Shown here piece after piece: positions 45,085-55,253 of a DNA stretch of 64,000 nucleotides. Below the pieces are notes generated by a model. The model did not search any database. It was given only the letters and a program-made list of their open reading frames with translations, and had not been told where the DNA came from. The DNA lies in assembly GCA_963835065.1 (NCBI GenBank), contig CAWIEK010000039.1:32001-96000 (forward strand), written 5' to 3'. The translations under genes were made by a program, and so were the position numbers. Positions within the stretch are counted from its first letter, which is position 1. Each line of letters starts with the position of its first letter. The DNA is from an uncultured Chthonomonadaceae bacterium. GTDB lineage: Bacteria > Armatimonadota > Chthonomonadetes > Chthonomonadales > Chthonomonadaceae.

Positions 45085-46448
45085 TATTTCTTCCCCTGTG
45101 GTGTCAGCGCAATCTGGCGGATCAGTTTGCCGTCCTGCGCGTTCCAGAAGAGGAGTTTGCCGTCCTGTGTGCCGGCGGCGATGGTCTGGTTATCCTTGCC
45201 CACTGCCACGCTGTACACCCAATCGGTCGGCTCTTTCCATTCGCGCTTTTGCTGTGTGCCGTCGCCGTTGAACACTTTGACGACGTTGTTGCTTGCGCCC
45301 CACACGAGCAGATTGCCGTCATTGCTGAACACGCAGGCGTTGATGCTGTCGCCCTCGCCCATCGTGCGGTCAGGGTTTTCAATGGTTCCGGGTTTGATCG
45401 TCCACACGCGGACGGTTTTGTCGAGGCTGGAAGTGGCGAGGCGGGTTCCATTCTGGTTGAAGGCAACGCGGGTCACGCCGTCCTGATGCGCGGTCAGGGC
45501 GGATTGGCGCTTCCACGTCGCGCTATCGAAAACTTTGGCGCTGCGGTCCAGGCTGCCGGTTGCCAGCAGTTTGCCGTCGGGGGAATAGGCAACGCCCATC
45601 ACGCCCTCGGCATGGTCTTTAATGGTATGCGTACACTGGCCCGTGTCGCCGTTCCAGATACGCGCGGTTTTGTCCAGGCTGCCCGTCGCCAGTTCGCGGC
45701 TGTTGGGTTTCCACGCGACGGCATACACCACTTCCGTATGGCCTTCCAATTTGCGCAAAGGTTTCCACGTTTCCGCGTCGAAGATGACCACTTCGCCCGC
45801 TTTGCCCGGTTCGCCGCCCGCTGCCGCAAGGCATTTGCCGTCACTGCTCCACGCCAGGCATTGCACCTGATCCGCGCAACCCGAAATGGTTTTGACCACT
45901 TCCCCGGTATTCGGATTCAGCAGCCGCACCACGCGAAACCCTCCCACCGCCAGCGTTGCGCCATCCGGGGAGTAGGCAAGTGCGGTAATGGGAGCAGGGG
46001 TGTTGGGTGTTGGGTGTTGGGTGTTGGGTGTTTTTCTGTTCCCTGTTCCCTGTTCCCTGTTCCCTCCCTCCGGCATCTGCGTACTGTCTATCTTTGCGCC
46101 TTCGTCAATCCAGCGGCGGACGAGGGCGATTTTTTCCAAATCCATCGCGCCGCCGGGTGGCATTTTGGGCTTCAGTTCACCCGTCATATATTTGACGATC
46201 TGGCTTTCCGCGCCCTTGCCGAGCGTAATAGCCGCGCCGTGCCGCCCACCCGCAAGCAGTTTGTCGCGGGTTTCCATAGAATAGCCACTGGCAGGCGTAG
46301 CCCCGCTGTGGCAGCTCATGCACTGCGTTTTGAAGAGGGGCAAAATCTGGCGGCTGTAAGAAACCGGGGCAGGAGCCGCAGCCCGCGCCCCATTCGGCAA
46401 TACCAAAAGGAGGGATAGCAGCATCAGGCAGGAAAGTAAAGTTTTCAT
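45084..46448 (-). CDS. Planctomycete cytochrome c domain + WD40 repeat protein
   Basis: Signal peptide, CMSCH, MPP, WIDEGA, about seven WD40 repeats (GHTEVV..ATGSLDKTARIW). Confidence 0.9.
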   Translation of the reverse strand: MKTLLSCLMLLSLLLVLPNGARAAAPAPVSYSRQILPLFKTQCMSCHSGATPASGYSMETRDKLLAGGRHGAAITLGKGAESQIVKYMTGELKPKMPPGGAMDLEKIALVRRWIDEGAKIDSTQMPEGGNREQGTGNRKTPNTQHPTPNTPAPITALAYSPDGATLAVGGFRVVRLLNPNTGEVVKTISGCADQVQCLAWSSDGKCLAAAGGEPGKAGEVVIFDAETWKPLRKLEGHTEVVYAVAWKPNSRELATGSLDKTARIWNGDTGQCTHTIKDHAEGVMGVAYSPDGKLLATGSLDRSAKVFDSATWKRQSALTAHQDGVTRVAFNQNGTRLATSSLDKTVRVWTIKPGTIENPDRTMGEGDSINACVFSNDGNLLVWGASNNVVKVFNGDGTQQKREWKEPTDWVYSVAVGKDNQTIAAGTQDGKLLFWNAQDGKLIRQIALTPQGKK

Positions 46449-46613
46449 ACCCTGTTGGAGCAAAGGAAAGCAAATATGTTGCAGGCGCGTTAAAGGGCCG
46501 GAGGAACACCGCGAACAAAGCGGAGTATAATAGAAGCATGAGCAACGTGGTCTGCGCGAATGGCAGCGAAAACCCCCTTGCCTGACCGTTCGGCAACGAT
46601 GAGGAGGTATTCC

Positions 46614-46961
46614 ATGGAAATTACCGTAACCATTTCGGAGGAAATGCAGCGCAAGTTAGAAGACTTGGCGCAGGAAAGCGGCTTGAGTGTAGCCGATTGC
46701 GCCCATGACATGCTGGAAGGCAATCTTGAACGATTGCATCTGTATGCCTGGTCGGAGCCAAGCTACTACGAAGAAACCTTAGCCCGCTTCACGAATAGGA
46801 CGCCGGAGCAGCTTGCCGAAGCGCGCTGCCGCGCGCTGGCCTCCGCGCCGCCACCGCGTCCTTTGCCGCCCGGTAAAACACTGGCCGATATGGTTTTCGG
46901 CAAGCTGCGCGATAACCATACGGACGAAGAAATTATCGCGATCCTAAAGGAGATGTCCTGA
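46614..46961 (+). CDS. Putative antitoxin (RHH-like N-terminus)
   Basis: GAGGAGG RBS; MEITVTISEE..KLEDLA; directly upstream of the PIN gene. Confidence 0.7.
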   Translation: MEITVTISEEMQRKLEDLAQESGLSVADCAHDMLEGNLERLHLYAWSEPSYYEETLARFTNRTPEQLAEARCRALASAPPPRPLPPGKTLADMVFGKLRDNHTDEEIIAILKEMS

Positions 46962-46963
46962 CG

Positions 46964-47422
46964 ATGATTCCAAACTCTGACCTAATGGATACAAACATCT
47001 TTGTACATCTAATCCGAGGCGATTATACCGGGCTGCGCATCAAAGCGGAGTTGGACCCGTTTATGGCCGAAGTCAGACCCGGCTATTGTACCGTGACAAA
47101 CGGCGAAATTCGATCATTTGCCAACACAAACAACTGGGGACGTGACAGAGTAAAGCAGATGCTCTTTATGCTCAGTTACTTCATTCCCTACTCGATAGAA
47201 ACGCCGGAAATTTACACGGCCTACGCCACCATTGATGAGTACAGTCAGAGGAGAGGCATCAGAATGGGCAAAAACGATCTCTGGATTGCGGCAGTTGCCA
47301 GCGTGTCGAATTTCAGGCTGCTGACCACCGACGCCGACTTTGATCATCTTGACACGGTGTTTCTGAACCGTGTTCGCATCGTCTATGATCAGGACAAGCA
47401 GATAGCGGAGGAACAGGCATGA
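46964..47422 (+). CDS. vapC: PIN-domain (VapC-like) toxin
   Basis: DTNIF, GEI, GKNDLWIAA, TTDADF. Confidence 0.9.
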   Translation: MIPNSDLMDTNIFVHLIRGDYTGLRIKAELDPFMAEVRPGYCTVTNGEIRSFANTNNWGRDRVKQMLFMLSYFIPYSIETPEIYTAYATIDEYSQRRGIRMGKNDLWIAAVASVSNFRLLTTDADFDHLDTVFLNRVRIVYDQDKQIAEEQA

Positions 47423-47649
47423 ACGACGGGCAAGCAGAGGCTGAGGAACCGGAAGACCGGCTTGGCATGACGCCGGAGCAGTGGGAACAGTTTCAGGCGT
47501 TCACGCGAGGCTTTGGCGAACAGTCGGCAAGCGGCGTAGACATTTCCCTCCTCCGCGCCAACCTGAAACTCACGCCGACAGAGCGGCTTAGAAAAATGTT
47601 TCGTTGCAGTTCCGTGCTGACGGGAGGACGTAATAGTAGAAAAGGATGA
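47419..47649 (+). CDS. Small hypothetical protein (GVDISLLRANLKLTPTERL motif)
   Basis: ATGA-coupled to vapC. Confidence 0.65.
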   Translation: MNDGQAEAEEPEDRLGMTPEQWEQFQAFTRGFGEQSASGVDISLLRANLKLTPTERLRKMFRCSSVLTGGRNSRKG

Positions 47650-47691
47650 AATAAGGTAGCGTTTATTCGCGTTCATTCGCGGCTATTCCCT

Positions 47692-48687
47692 TTATTTTGT
47701 CGTCAGCGTACCCATTTTGACAACCTCGAAATCGCTGCCTTTGATGCGTTTTAAGGCGCTGAGTTCGTCGTCGTTCCAGCGCGGGTCGGGAGCGCCGGAC
47801 ACGAACCAATCGCTGCCGTTGTCCGCCACGATCATGCCATAGGTTTGCAGGCATTTCAAAATTACCTGACAAGAGGCGGGGAAGTGGGAAATATCTACAT
47901 TGGCTTTCAGGCGGACGCGCATGCCCATCGGCGGGAGGCTCGGGTCGGTTTTAGAACTGGCGAAATGGCGGGCGGGCGGCACGTATGCATGGCGGCTGCG
48001 CACAATCGTAAACCGCAGCGCGTGGCGGATTTCCTTCTGCCCTACGGCTTCATCGTAGCGGACGAGGCCGGGGAAGATAGGTAGGCCGGCGGCATCGGCG
48101 GACGTCCATCCGGCGGGACGGGGCGCATTGGTTTTCATATCGAAAATCGCGCCACTGCCCGCTTTTATGCTTCTTTTGCCGCTGCTATTTTGCGGATACG
48201 CGCTGAACAGTTCGTAAAGTTTGAGGTTGTCACGGTCAAGGATCAGAATATGCCGATCTCCCTTGCCGTTCGGCCCACCTTCAATCGGCGCATCGGGCGG
48301 AACGGGGTAGGGGCCGGGATCGCTCTCATCCTTGTACTCGAACGTCACGGGAACGCGGGGCGTGTTGCCGGACACGACAACATAGGGAATGCCGCTCGGT
48401 GTGCCGTTGTACACCGTGCCGAAATCGGGATGCAGGGGTTTGTCCCGCCCGATACTGGCAATCAGCGCGTCGGAATTGGGATCAACCGGCGCTTTGTCAA
48501 CCACCGTGTTCCACGCATCGCTTGCAGGAAACGGACGATAACCGTTCAAACCGGCATTGACGCCCAACTCCGGCTTCATTCCCTGCCGGCTCGAAGCTGC
48601 AGCCGCAAACAGAAGAAGGACAGCGCACACGCTGCCCTTCTTCCCTATTTTTCTTATCTTGGTGTTCTTGGATTCTTGGTGGTTCAA
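47692..48687 (-). CDS. Conserved-looking secreted hypothetical protein
   Basis: GIPY, ESDPGPYP, GDRH, GWTSADAAGLPI, YGMIVADNGS. Confidence 0.85.
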   Translation of the reverse strand: MNHQESKNTKIRKIGKKGSVCAVLLLFAAAASSRQGMKPELGVNAGLNGYRPFPASDAWNTVVDKAPVDPNSDALIASIGRDKPLHPDFGTVYNGTPSGIPYVVVSGNTPRVPVTFEYKDESDPGPYPVPPDAPIEGGPNGKGDRHILILDRDNLKLYELFSAYPQNSSGKRSIKAGSGAIFDMKTNAPRPAGWTSADAAGLPIFPGLVRYDEAVGQKEIRHALRFTIVRSRHAYVPPARHFASSKTDPSLPPMGMRVRLKANVDISHFPASCQVILKCLQTYGMIVADNGSDWFVSGAPDPRWNDDELSALKRIKGSDFEVVKMGTLTTK

Positions 48688-48691
48688 TTAA

Positions 48692-50065
48692 TTACTTCCA
48701 GAGTTCGTGTATAGGCTCACATTCAGGCAGGATGGCGACGGGGCGCGATTGGGGCGTGAGCAGGGTCTTCTCGTAATCAATGCCCAATGCGCTGTAAATG
48801 GTTGCGGCCACTTCCGGCGGGCGAATGGGGCGCTCGGTAACGTACTCGCCGCGCTCATCGGTTGCGCCGATAACCTGCCCGCCCCTGACGCCCGCGCCCG
48901 CGAATAGCATCACGCCCGCGTTGCCCCAGTGGTCGCGTCCCGCGTCCTTGTTGATTTTACTGGTACGCCCGAAGTCGCCGTACATGGCAACAAGCGTATC
49001 TTCCAATAGCCCGCGCTGTTTCATGTCTTTCAGCAGGGTGGCAATGGACTTGTCGAAGCGGGGCAGGCTGTTGTCGCACGCCTCGAAAATCTTGCCGTGC
49101 ATGTCCCAGCCGCCCTGACCGAGCAGCACGAACCGAACGCCGCCCTCGATCAAGCGCCGGGAAAGCAGCGCCTGCCGCCCCCAAAAGTCTTTGCCGTATT
49201 CTTCCTGCGTTTTCGCGTCTTCTTTGGTCAGGTCGAAGGCGTTGCGGGCTTCCGAGGAGAGGATCATCTGCGTGGCGCGCTGGTAAAACGTATCCATCGA
49301 ACCTAGCTGGTCGCTGCCTTCCACGCGCCGGGCAAGATTGTCAATGGCGTGGAGCATGTTTTCGCGTCGGGTCAAGCGCTCCTGCGGCACATCGGACAGC
49401 AGCGACAGGTTGGGAACCTGCCAGTTCTTATCGCCCACATTGCCGGATTTGAAGGACTCGTAGCGTTCGCCAAGAAACGCGGCTTTGCCCAATTCCCACG
49501 TAAACGAATGGTTTTTCGGCACGGCGACATACGGCGGAAGCGTGTTGAGCGGCGAAGTTTCGTGCGTGACGATGCTGCCGATGGAAGGATAATCGCCCCC
49601 CTGCATCACGCCGTAATTGCCTGTGAGCATCCACTGCGCAGCCGTTTCGTGGTGGTCGCTGCCCGTCACCTGCGAGCGGCACAGGGCGTAGATGTCGGTG
49701 ATTTTCGCCATTTCCGGCATCATGCGCGAAAAGCGGATGCCAGCCAGTCCGGTAGGAATGGTATCGTATTTGCCCCGGATTTCCTGCGGCGCGTCAGGTT
49801 TGGGATCAAAGGTGTCGTGGTGCGTTAAACCGCCGCCAAGATAAATCAGCAGCACGTTCTTGGCGCGGGTCTTTTTCGCCATTTTGCCCGCCGCGCTTGC
49901 CGCGTTCGCGGCATTGGCTGCCGTGGTCGCCGCGTTTGCCGCTTCCAGACGCAGCATGTCCGGCAGGGTCAGTCCCAGCACAGACAGCGTACCTAGGCGC
50001 AGAAAGTTGCGGCGTGACACGCCATCGCACTGTATCGGCCCTCGCCCCGCATCCACATCCAGCAT
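48692..50065 (-). CDS. DUF1501 domain protein (Tat-type signal)
   Basis: SRRNFLRLG, LGGG..HDTFDPKP, RRLIEGGVRFV, GWDMH, DFGRT, GRDHW. Confidence 0.93.
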   Translation of the reverse strand: MLDVDAGRGPIQCDGVSRRNFLRLGTLSVLGLTLPDMLRLEAANAATTAANAANAASAAGKMAKKTRAKNVLLIYLGGGLTHHDTFDPKPDAPQEIRGKYDTIPTGLAGIRFSRMMPEMAKITDIYALCRSQVTGSDHHETAAQWMLTGNYGVMQGGDYPSIGSIVTHETSPLNTLPPYVAVPKNHSFTWELGKAAFLGERYESFKSGNVGDKNWQVPNLSLLSDVPQERLTRRENMLHAIDNLARRVEGSDQLGSMDTFYQRATQMILSSEARNAFDLTKEDAKTQEEYGKDFWGRQALLSRRLIEGGVRFVLLGQGGWDMHGKIFEACDNSLPRFDKSIATLLKDMKQRGLLEDTLVAMYGDFGRTSKINKDAGRDHWGNAGVMLFAGAGVRGGQVIGATDERGEYVTERPIRPPEVAATIYSALGIDYEKTLLTPQSRPVAILPECEPIHELWK

Positions 50066-50117
50066 GAGTCCTCGTCTCCCGTCGTAACAACCACCGACTG
50101 CATTAAAGAATTCAGAA

Positions 50118-50150
50118 CAGCCGCGAATGAACGCGAATGAACGCAAATAA
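50118..50150. repeat. Decamer tandem-repeat arm (CGCGAATGAA)n; complementary arm at 47664-47684
   Basis: AGCCGCGAATGAACGCGAATGAACGCAAAT versus ATTCGCGTTCATTCGCGGCT. Confidence 0.8.
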
Positions 50151-50286
50151 TTCTAAAACTTACATCATCCGGCATGAGAATAAATCTTGCGCCGCAAACC
50201 GCTTATAGCTTTCAGACAGTGGCAACGGAAAAATGTTGCGTGTTTTCCATTGCACATCGCGCATTTTCTCCACCGCCTTCTACCTT

Positions 50287-50997
50287 CTACGGCAGCAAGT
50301 CGGCAACGGCAATCAATGCTCCAAGCGCGGCAAGTGGCGAAACTGTTTGCGTTTCCGTATAGATGGTGACTTCCTCATAACCATAGCCGTACTGCTGCGA
50401 GGCATCTACAACAGGCCGACGCCGCACTTCCAAAACGCGCCCCGGCAGGTTCAATATCCAGTAATCGGGTATGCCTGCAAAGGCGTACAAACTCGCCTTA
50501 CGACGGCGGTCGGTGAGATATGTAGTATCGGCAACTTCGACAACAAGCACTGCTGTTGTCGGATGGGACAGGCGATAATCGCGGAAGGAACCGCGCACAA
50601 CCGCAATGTCCGGTTCCGGGCGACTGTGCGGGTCAATGCGTATAGTCATCTGTGTGCGAACATCAAAGCCGACGCTAAAGATACTGCGCATGGCTTCTTC
50701 AGAAGCGCGGACGCCATAAACATGCGAAGGTTCTTGTGTCACTTTGAGCCGTATCTCCCCTCCCAACAGTTCCGCTCGTTCACCGCTTTGAAACACCCCG
50801 ATTTCAATAGCGTGATCGTATGTTTCCCCACTCCAAAGATACGGCTGCCCTGTGGCGCAATCAATCAGCCTGTCGCCGCGCAGCGCCACCTGACCGGGCA
50901 GGAACAGACCTGCATCAAAGGCGCGTTCCAACTGCTCCGCCGTGAACGGGCGTAAAGGCAACTCGTAAGAAGTATCGGCAACCGCAAGAGCGCTCAT
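50287..50997 (-). CDS. Uma2-family (PD-(D/E)XK-like) endonuclease
   Basis: ELLGGEI, PEPDIAV, VVEVAD, DRRRKASLYA..GIPDYWILN. Confidence 0.92.
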   Translation of the reverse strand: MSALAVADTSYELPLRPFTAEQLERAFDAGLFLPGQVALRGDRLIDCATGQPYLWSGETYDHAIEIGVFQSGERAELLGGEIRLKVTQEPSHVYGVRASEEAMRSIFSVGFDVRTQMTIRIDPHSRPEPDIAVVRGSFRDYRLSHPTTAVLVVEVADTTYLTDRRRKASLYAFAGIPDYWILNLPGRVLEVRRRPVVDASQQYGYGYEEVTIYTETQTVSPLAALGALIAVADLLP

Positions 50998-51134
50998 ATC
51001 TTTCTCCTGCTGCGGGGTAGGACGTTTGTGTTACATCCGGCTTTCAGGCAGGCGCAGCGCCATGCCTGTTGAAAATTTGCGCGTCCGCCGCGAAAACTGC
51101 TTGGTTATATCCTGCCTCATTATATCATGTTTGC

Positions 51135-51172
51135 GCGCCCGGTTCAACGCCGCAAAATGTTGAACCGGGCGC
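51135..51172. terminator. 14-bp-stem hairpin, possible terminator
   Basis: GCGCCCGGTTCAAC / GTTGAACCGGGCGC. Confidence 0.5.
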
Positions 51173-51223
51173 ATTTTCAATTTCAGAACGCAGAATTCGC
51201 CCGTTGACGTAAAACACGCGCAA

Positions 51224-51934
51224 CTACTTTTTGCCTTTCCCCTCGTCTTTGTCGCTGATTTTGCGCGGGCCGGAAGACACGCCCACGAATTCTTCCAGCG
51301 CGGTGTACAGGGCATTGACACCCGCTTTGGTTTGTGGCGGGGTTTTCGGACCGCCGGAAATCGCGCCGTAGCCCAAACCGCCCAACACGGCGACAACGCC
51401 TGCCGCTTGATTCTTGTTCTCCGAATCTTTCTTGATGTCGTGCTTGTCCAATACCACTTCGGCCTTGCTGACATTAACAACGAGCGCGTCCACCGCACAT
51501 TCGGCTTTGGTGCGCAGGGTCGGGAACACGTAAATGGATTTGGTGTGCCATTTGAGGTTCGCGCCGATCACGTAATCCACTTTCAGCGCGCGTCCCACTT
51601 TCAGCAGGTCTTTGTCGCGCAGCGTCAGGGCTTTGTCTTTGCTTCCGGGCGTTTCGCCGGTCGCGTCCTCATAAGCCTTTTTGACCGAGTCGCCTTCCAC
51701 CACGCGGTAGCCCCGCTTTTCGATAAACGTTCGCAGCGCGGCAGCGCATTTTTCGCGCGCTCCGTCTGTACCGTCCTGATTGCCGAAAGGAACTACGGCC
51801 ACGCGGGGCGCGTCCGCAGGCACAGTGACGGTATCATCGGCGCGGCTCGCGGTCAGGCCCGCCATCCCCAGCATCCAGGCGGTCAGCAGAACCGTCAGGC
51901 AGAAAAACCAGTTTTGTTTCACAGAACGCATCAT
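51224..51934 (-). CDS. Secreted hypothetical protein (CsgG/TolB-N-like alpha/beta domain possible)
   Basis: Signal peptide; RVAVVPFGN, VGRALKVDYVI. Confidence 0.7.
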   Translation of the reverse strand: MMRSVKQNWFFCLTVLLTAWMLGMAGLTASRADDTVTVPADAPRVAVVPFGNQDGTDGAREKCAAALRTFIEKRGYRVVEGDSVKKAYEDATGETPGSKDKALTLRDKDLLKVGRALKVDYVIGANLKWHTKSIYVFPTLRTKAECAVDALVVNVSKAEVVLDKHDIKKDSENKNQAAGVVAVLGGLGYGAISGGPKTPPQTKAGVNALYTALEEFVGVSSGPRKISDKDEGKGKK

Positions 51935-52100
51935 TTCGCTCCTTTGCAGCGTGAGAAAGTGAGGCAGCGGACAAGAAACAGTATCGCTTCGAGGCCGTTC
52001 CTGAATAACAGAAGTATCTTCGTAATTGCTTCGCTCACAAATACGTTATGGTTATGAAAACGTTATCTGCCGCTGTGCTTTCATTTTCCGCCAGAAGCCA

Positions 52101-52877
52101 TCACGGTTCATTCGCCAGCGCTTCGGCAATCTGCCACGCGCCCGAAGCCTGAAGCCGCGTTTTCAGTTCAACAGAAATCGCCGCATCATCCCACAAACAG
52201 CGATAAAAATCATCACAGCCATGTTCGGCATACCAGCCCGCCATGTGCGACCAGGCAAACTCTTTAACGCTAAAGGGAGGCACATCAGGCCGCGCGTCCA
52301 GCCACTTTTGCACATGCGGCCCGCGCTGTGGATAGGCTGCCACAATCGCCGCGCAGACAAGCCGCTCCAGCGTTTGCTGATCGGGCAGTCCCTCTCCCGG
52401 CGCATCCGCCACTTCCCACCGTACCAATGCAATTCTGACTGCCGCCCTGATCTATAACAATTTCGCCGTTGGTGTCCAATGTCGCCAAAGGATCAAACTT
52501 GGGTTGCTGAACACGGCGCAGCACATCCTGTACGCGCAAGCCTGTTGTCGTGTCACCGGGATTGGCAACATCCGTATCAGGATCAACATTGACAACAAGA
52601 CGCGCAAATGGCTTTGTACCCCGCTCTGTCAAGAAGCGGTCAAGTGTCGGGAGTATATTGTCTTTACCTTGACAGGGCACAACCGCGTCAGGCCGTTGCC
52701 GGTTTGTGTGTAGTAATAAAACTGCCCTGCCGTCACGGTTTCGCCACGAATGTCCTTCGTCATGCGGCGCTTGCCGCCGGGAACAATCCTCGGATCAGTG
52801 CAGTTCAAAGACAACAATAAACCTGCCCAAAACGCGCGGTCATGATAGCCTTCGCACAAAACAACAGACTCCGTCAC
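52101..52877 (-). CDS. TOPRIM-like protein (DUF3226-like), frameshifted
   Basis: VLCEGYHD, VNVDPD, QTLERL; GTGA-coupled to the upstream ATPase. Confidence 0.6.
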
Positions 52878-53922
52878 CGCAAATCCTCCCCGATTGTCTG
52901 CGCGGGCAAAAGTGATTTCCGAACCTGCCGTTCGAGACGAGCGCAAGCAGCCCTCAACCAGCAACAACCGGTACACGCTCATCTGATTGAGTTCTTCTTC
53001 ATTCTGAACTTCAAACACCAGCGAGTCAATCAAGTCCAGGCTGTGCGTAGAAATAACCACTTGAATGCCGCGCCGAATAGCCGCCCATACTGCCCGCGCG
53101 GTTTGCTGAATTGCTCCGGGGTGTTTGTAAACTTCCGGCTCTTCCAACAAAACAACCCGTGTCAGGATACGCGGCAAGTTCCAGTGACAAACGTAGTAAG
53201 TGTATAAACACCGCTTCCTGCAATGGCCGCAGGGATACTGCGATCTTTATAGACCAAATGAATAATCGGGAGATCTTCTTCTGTTAGAATTTCTATATGA
53301 GACAATTCGGGAACAATGTCACGGATCAGGGCATTAACTTCTTCTCGACGCCCTTGCTTCGACGCTTGCGTGTACAACGTGTGCAGAGATTTGCCGTCGG
53401 CGCTAGTGTGTGCCGACTCAAGAATCCGCAGATTGATTCAACACCATTCAGGACGACCTGTCCTGAATAACCGGCTTGACCTGTTTACTCTCCGAAATCG
53501 TAACCCTATATGTTCGTGAGGTAATTAGAGTTTCTTGCCCTTCACATTCTTCCTGCCAATTGTCCCAGGTAGTCTGCTCGTTCATCGATCAAATTGTTCT
53601 CGGATGGATCAAGACGAATGGTACACTCACATATTTGCATCGGTTGTAACTTTGAACGTAGACTTTCTTTGCTTGCAAATACCTCAGAAGCGGATTCGCT
53701 GCTGACATAGCCATTCATAACCTTGCTTTACGCCAGGCCGTCGGTTCGCAACATAGCCTATGGCTTTCTCAGGATATTAGGATTTGCGCCGATAAGCATT
53801 GCATCAAGAACGGTGCTTTTGCCGGAGCCGTTTGTGCCGACAAGGATGACGAGGGGGGTGAAGTCGTCTAACTTCCCCTCCTGGATGCCGCGCAAGCCTT
53901 TGATTTCTACTGAGCGAATCAT
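52874..53922 (-). pseudogene. ABC/AAA_21-type ATPase, multiply frameshifted
   Basis: MIRSVEIKGLRG..LVGTNGSGKSTVL (Walker A), AGSG signature, LLEEPE..HP (Walker B), ISTHS. Confidence 0.8.
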
Positions 53923-54012
53923 CGTGGTTCCTCCCTTACTTGGAACATAGTATACTGCGTTTGCCTGCGCGGTTGAGGAACTATTTTTGTAGTTTGTAAT
54001 CCGGACGTGTTT

Positions 54013-55239
54013 TCAGGGCGTTTTGGGGTTGGAATTGCCGGGGGTGGATGGCGCGGCTGGAACTGTCGGCATCGAGGGCGCGGCAGGAAGGGTGGTGTCG
54101 TTGGGCGTCAGCAGTTGCAGGGCTTCGGTATCATTGGGGTTTTGTTTGAGAACTTGGGTGAGAAGGGTTTGCGCGTCCTGCGAATTGCCGACGGCGGCTT
54201 CCAATTTCGCCAACGCGACGAGATTGTTGCGGTTGTTGGGGTCGGCGATGTAGTGTTGCCGCGCCACATATAACTTGTCGATGAGTTTGGAAAACGCCTG
54301 CGCGTTTTGGGTCATGCGGGGCGCGGCGGGATTGTGGAGTTTGGTTTGTACGGCGGCAACAGTCGTTACCCAATCCGCGCTCGGCGCGTCCGCGCGTCGC
54401 GCGCTTTGCAGGCACTTCAAGGCGGAATTGGCGTCACCCCCGCGCAGTAAAATACGCGCTTTTTCCAGATTGGCGGATGTGTCATCGGGCGCAGACGCCA
54501 ATACCTGATCCAGTAACTGCAGGGCGGCGGGATCGTCTTTTTTGCCGTTCTTGCCGTATTCCGTCAGCAGCCAGGCGCGTACATAATCCGCCTGCGCGCG
54601 GCGAACGGGTTGGGCAGGCAGGGCGTCCAGTTGTTTCCAGGCGTCTGCCGTCCGCCCGTTTCTTGCCAGCATTTGCGCCAGCGTCAAAATGGCCCGCTCG
54701 TCCTGCGGAAAGCGCTGATGCGCGGCCTGCAATCCAACGATAGCCTGGCTAAACTCGCCCGCCGAGGCAAGCGCGAGCGCGTATTGCGTCATTGCCAGTG
54801 CGCAATCCGGCTCCTGCTCCAGAGCGGATTTTGCCGCCGTCCATTCTTCCACGAAATGCGCCCCGACCGCATGAAGTTCGGCCAGGTGACAGGCGACATG
54901 CGGGGTTTGCGGCGATACTTTACGCAGCGTTTCCAGCAGTTCGATGGCCTGCGCCGTGTTGCCGGTTTTGGCTTCAATCTGCGCCTGCGCGATATAGGCG
55001 GGGGCGTAACCGGCATTGCTTTGCATGGCCTGCGCAAACGCCGCCTGCGCTTCACTGGTCTTGCCGCTTTGCAGCAGCTTCATTCCCTGCTCATACGCCA
55101 CCACTTCCGGCGCTTTGCCCGCGCTTGAACCCGCGTTTTGCCGATGGCAGCCCGCCGTCAGCGCCGTCATGCCGACAATCAGCAGGCCAAAATAGCCGCG
55201 CTGCGGCAGGCGGCGAGCATATCTGCGCGATGTTGCCAT
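54013..55239 (-). CDS. TPR-repeat lipoprotein
   Basis: LTAGC lipobox-like motif; multiple TPR-like helical repeats. Confidence 0.85.
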   Translation of the reverse strand: MATSRRYARRLPQRGYFGLLIVGMTALTAGCHRQNAGSSAGKAPEVVAYEQGMKLLQSGKTSEAQAAFAQAMQSNAGYAPAYIAQAQIEAKTGNTAQAIELLETLRKVSPQTPHVACHLAELHAVGAHFVEEWTAAKSALEQEPDCALAMTQYALALASAGEFSQAIVGLQAAHQRFPQDERAILTLAQMLARNGRTADAWKQLDALPAQPVRRAQADYVRAWLLTEYGKNGKKDDPAALQLLDQVLASAPDDTSANLEKARILLRGGDANSALKCLQSARRADAPSADWVTTVAAVQTKLHNPAAPRMTQNAQAFSKLIDKLYVARQHYIADPNNRNNLVALAKLEAAVGNSQDAQTLLTQVLKQNPNDTEALQLLTPNDTTLPAAPSMPTVPAAPSTPGNSNPKTP

Positions 55240-55253
55240 TCTTACCCTTCTTG

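Noticed and set aside
44727..46418. 563-aa plus-strand ORF
   Set aside because: Antisense to the clear WD40 and GxxExxY genes.
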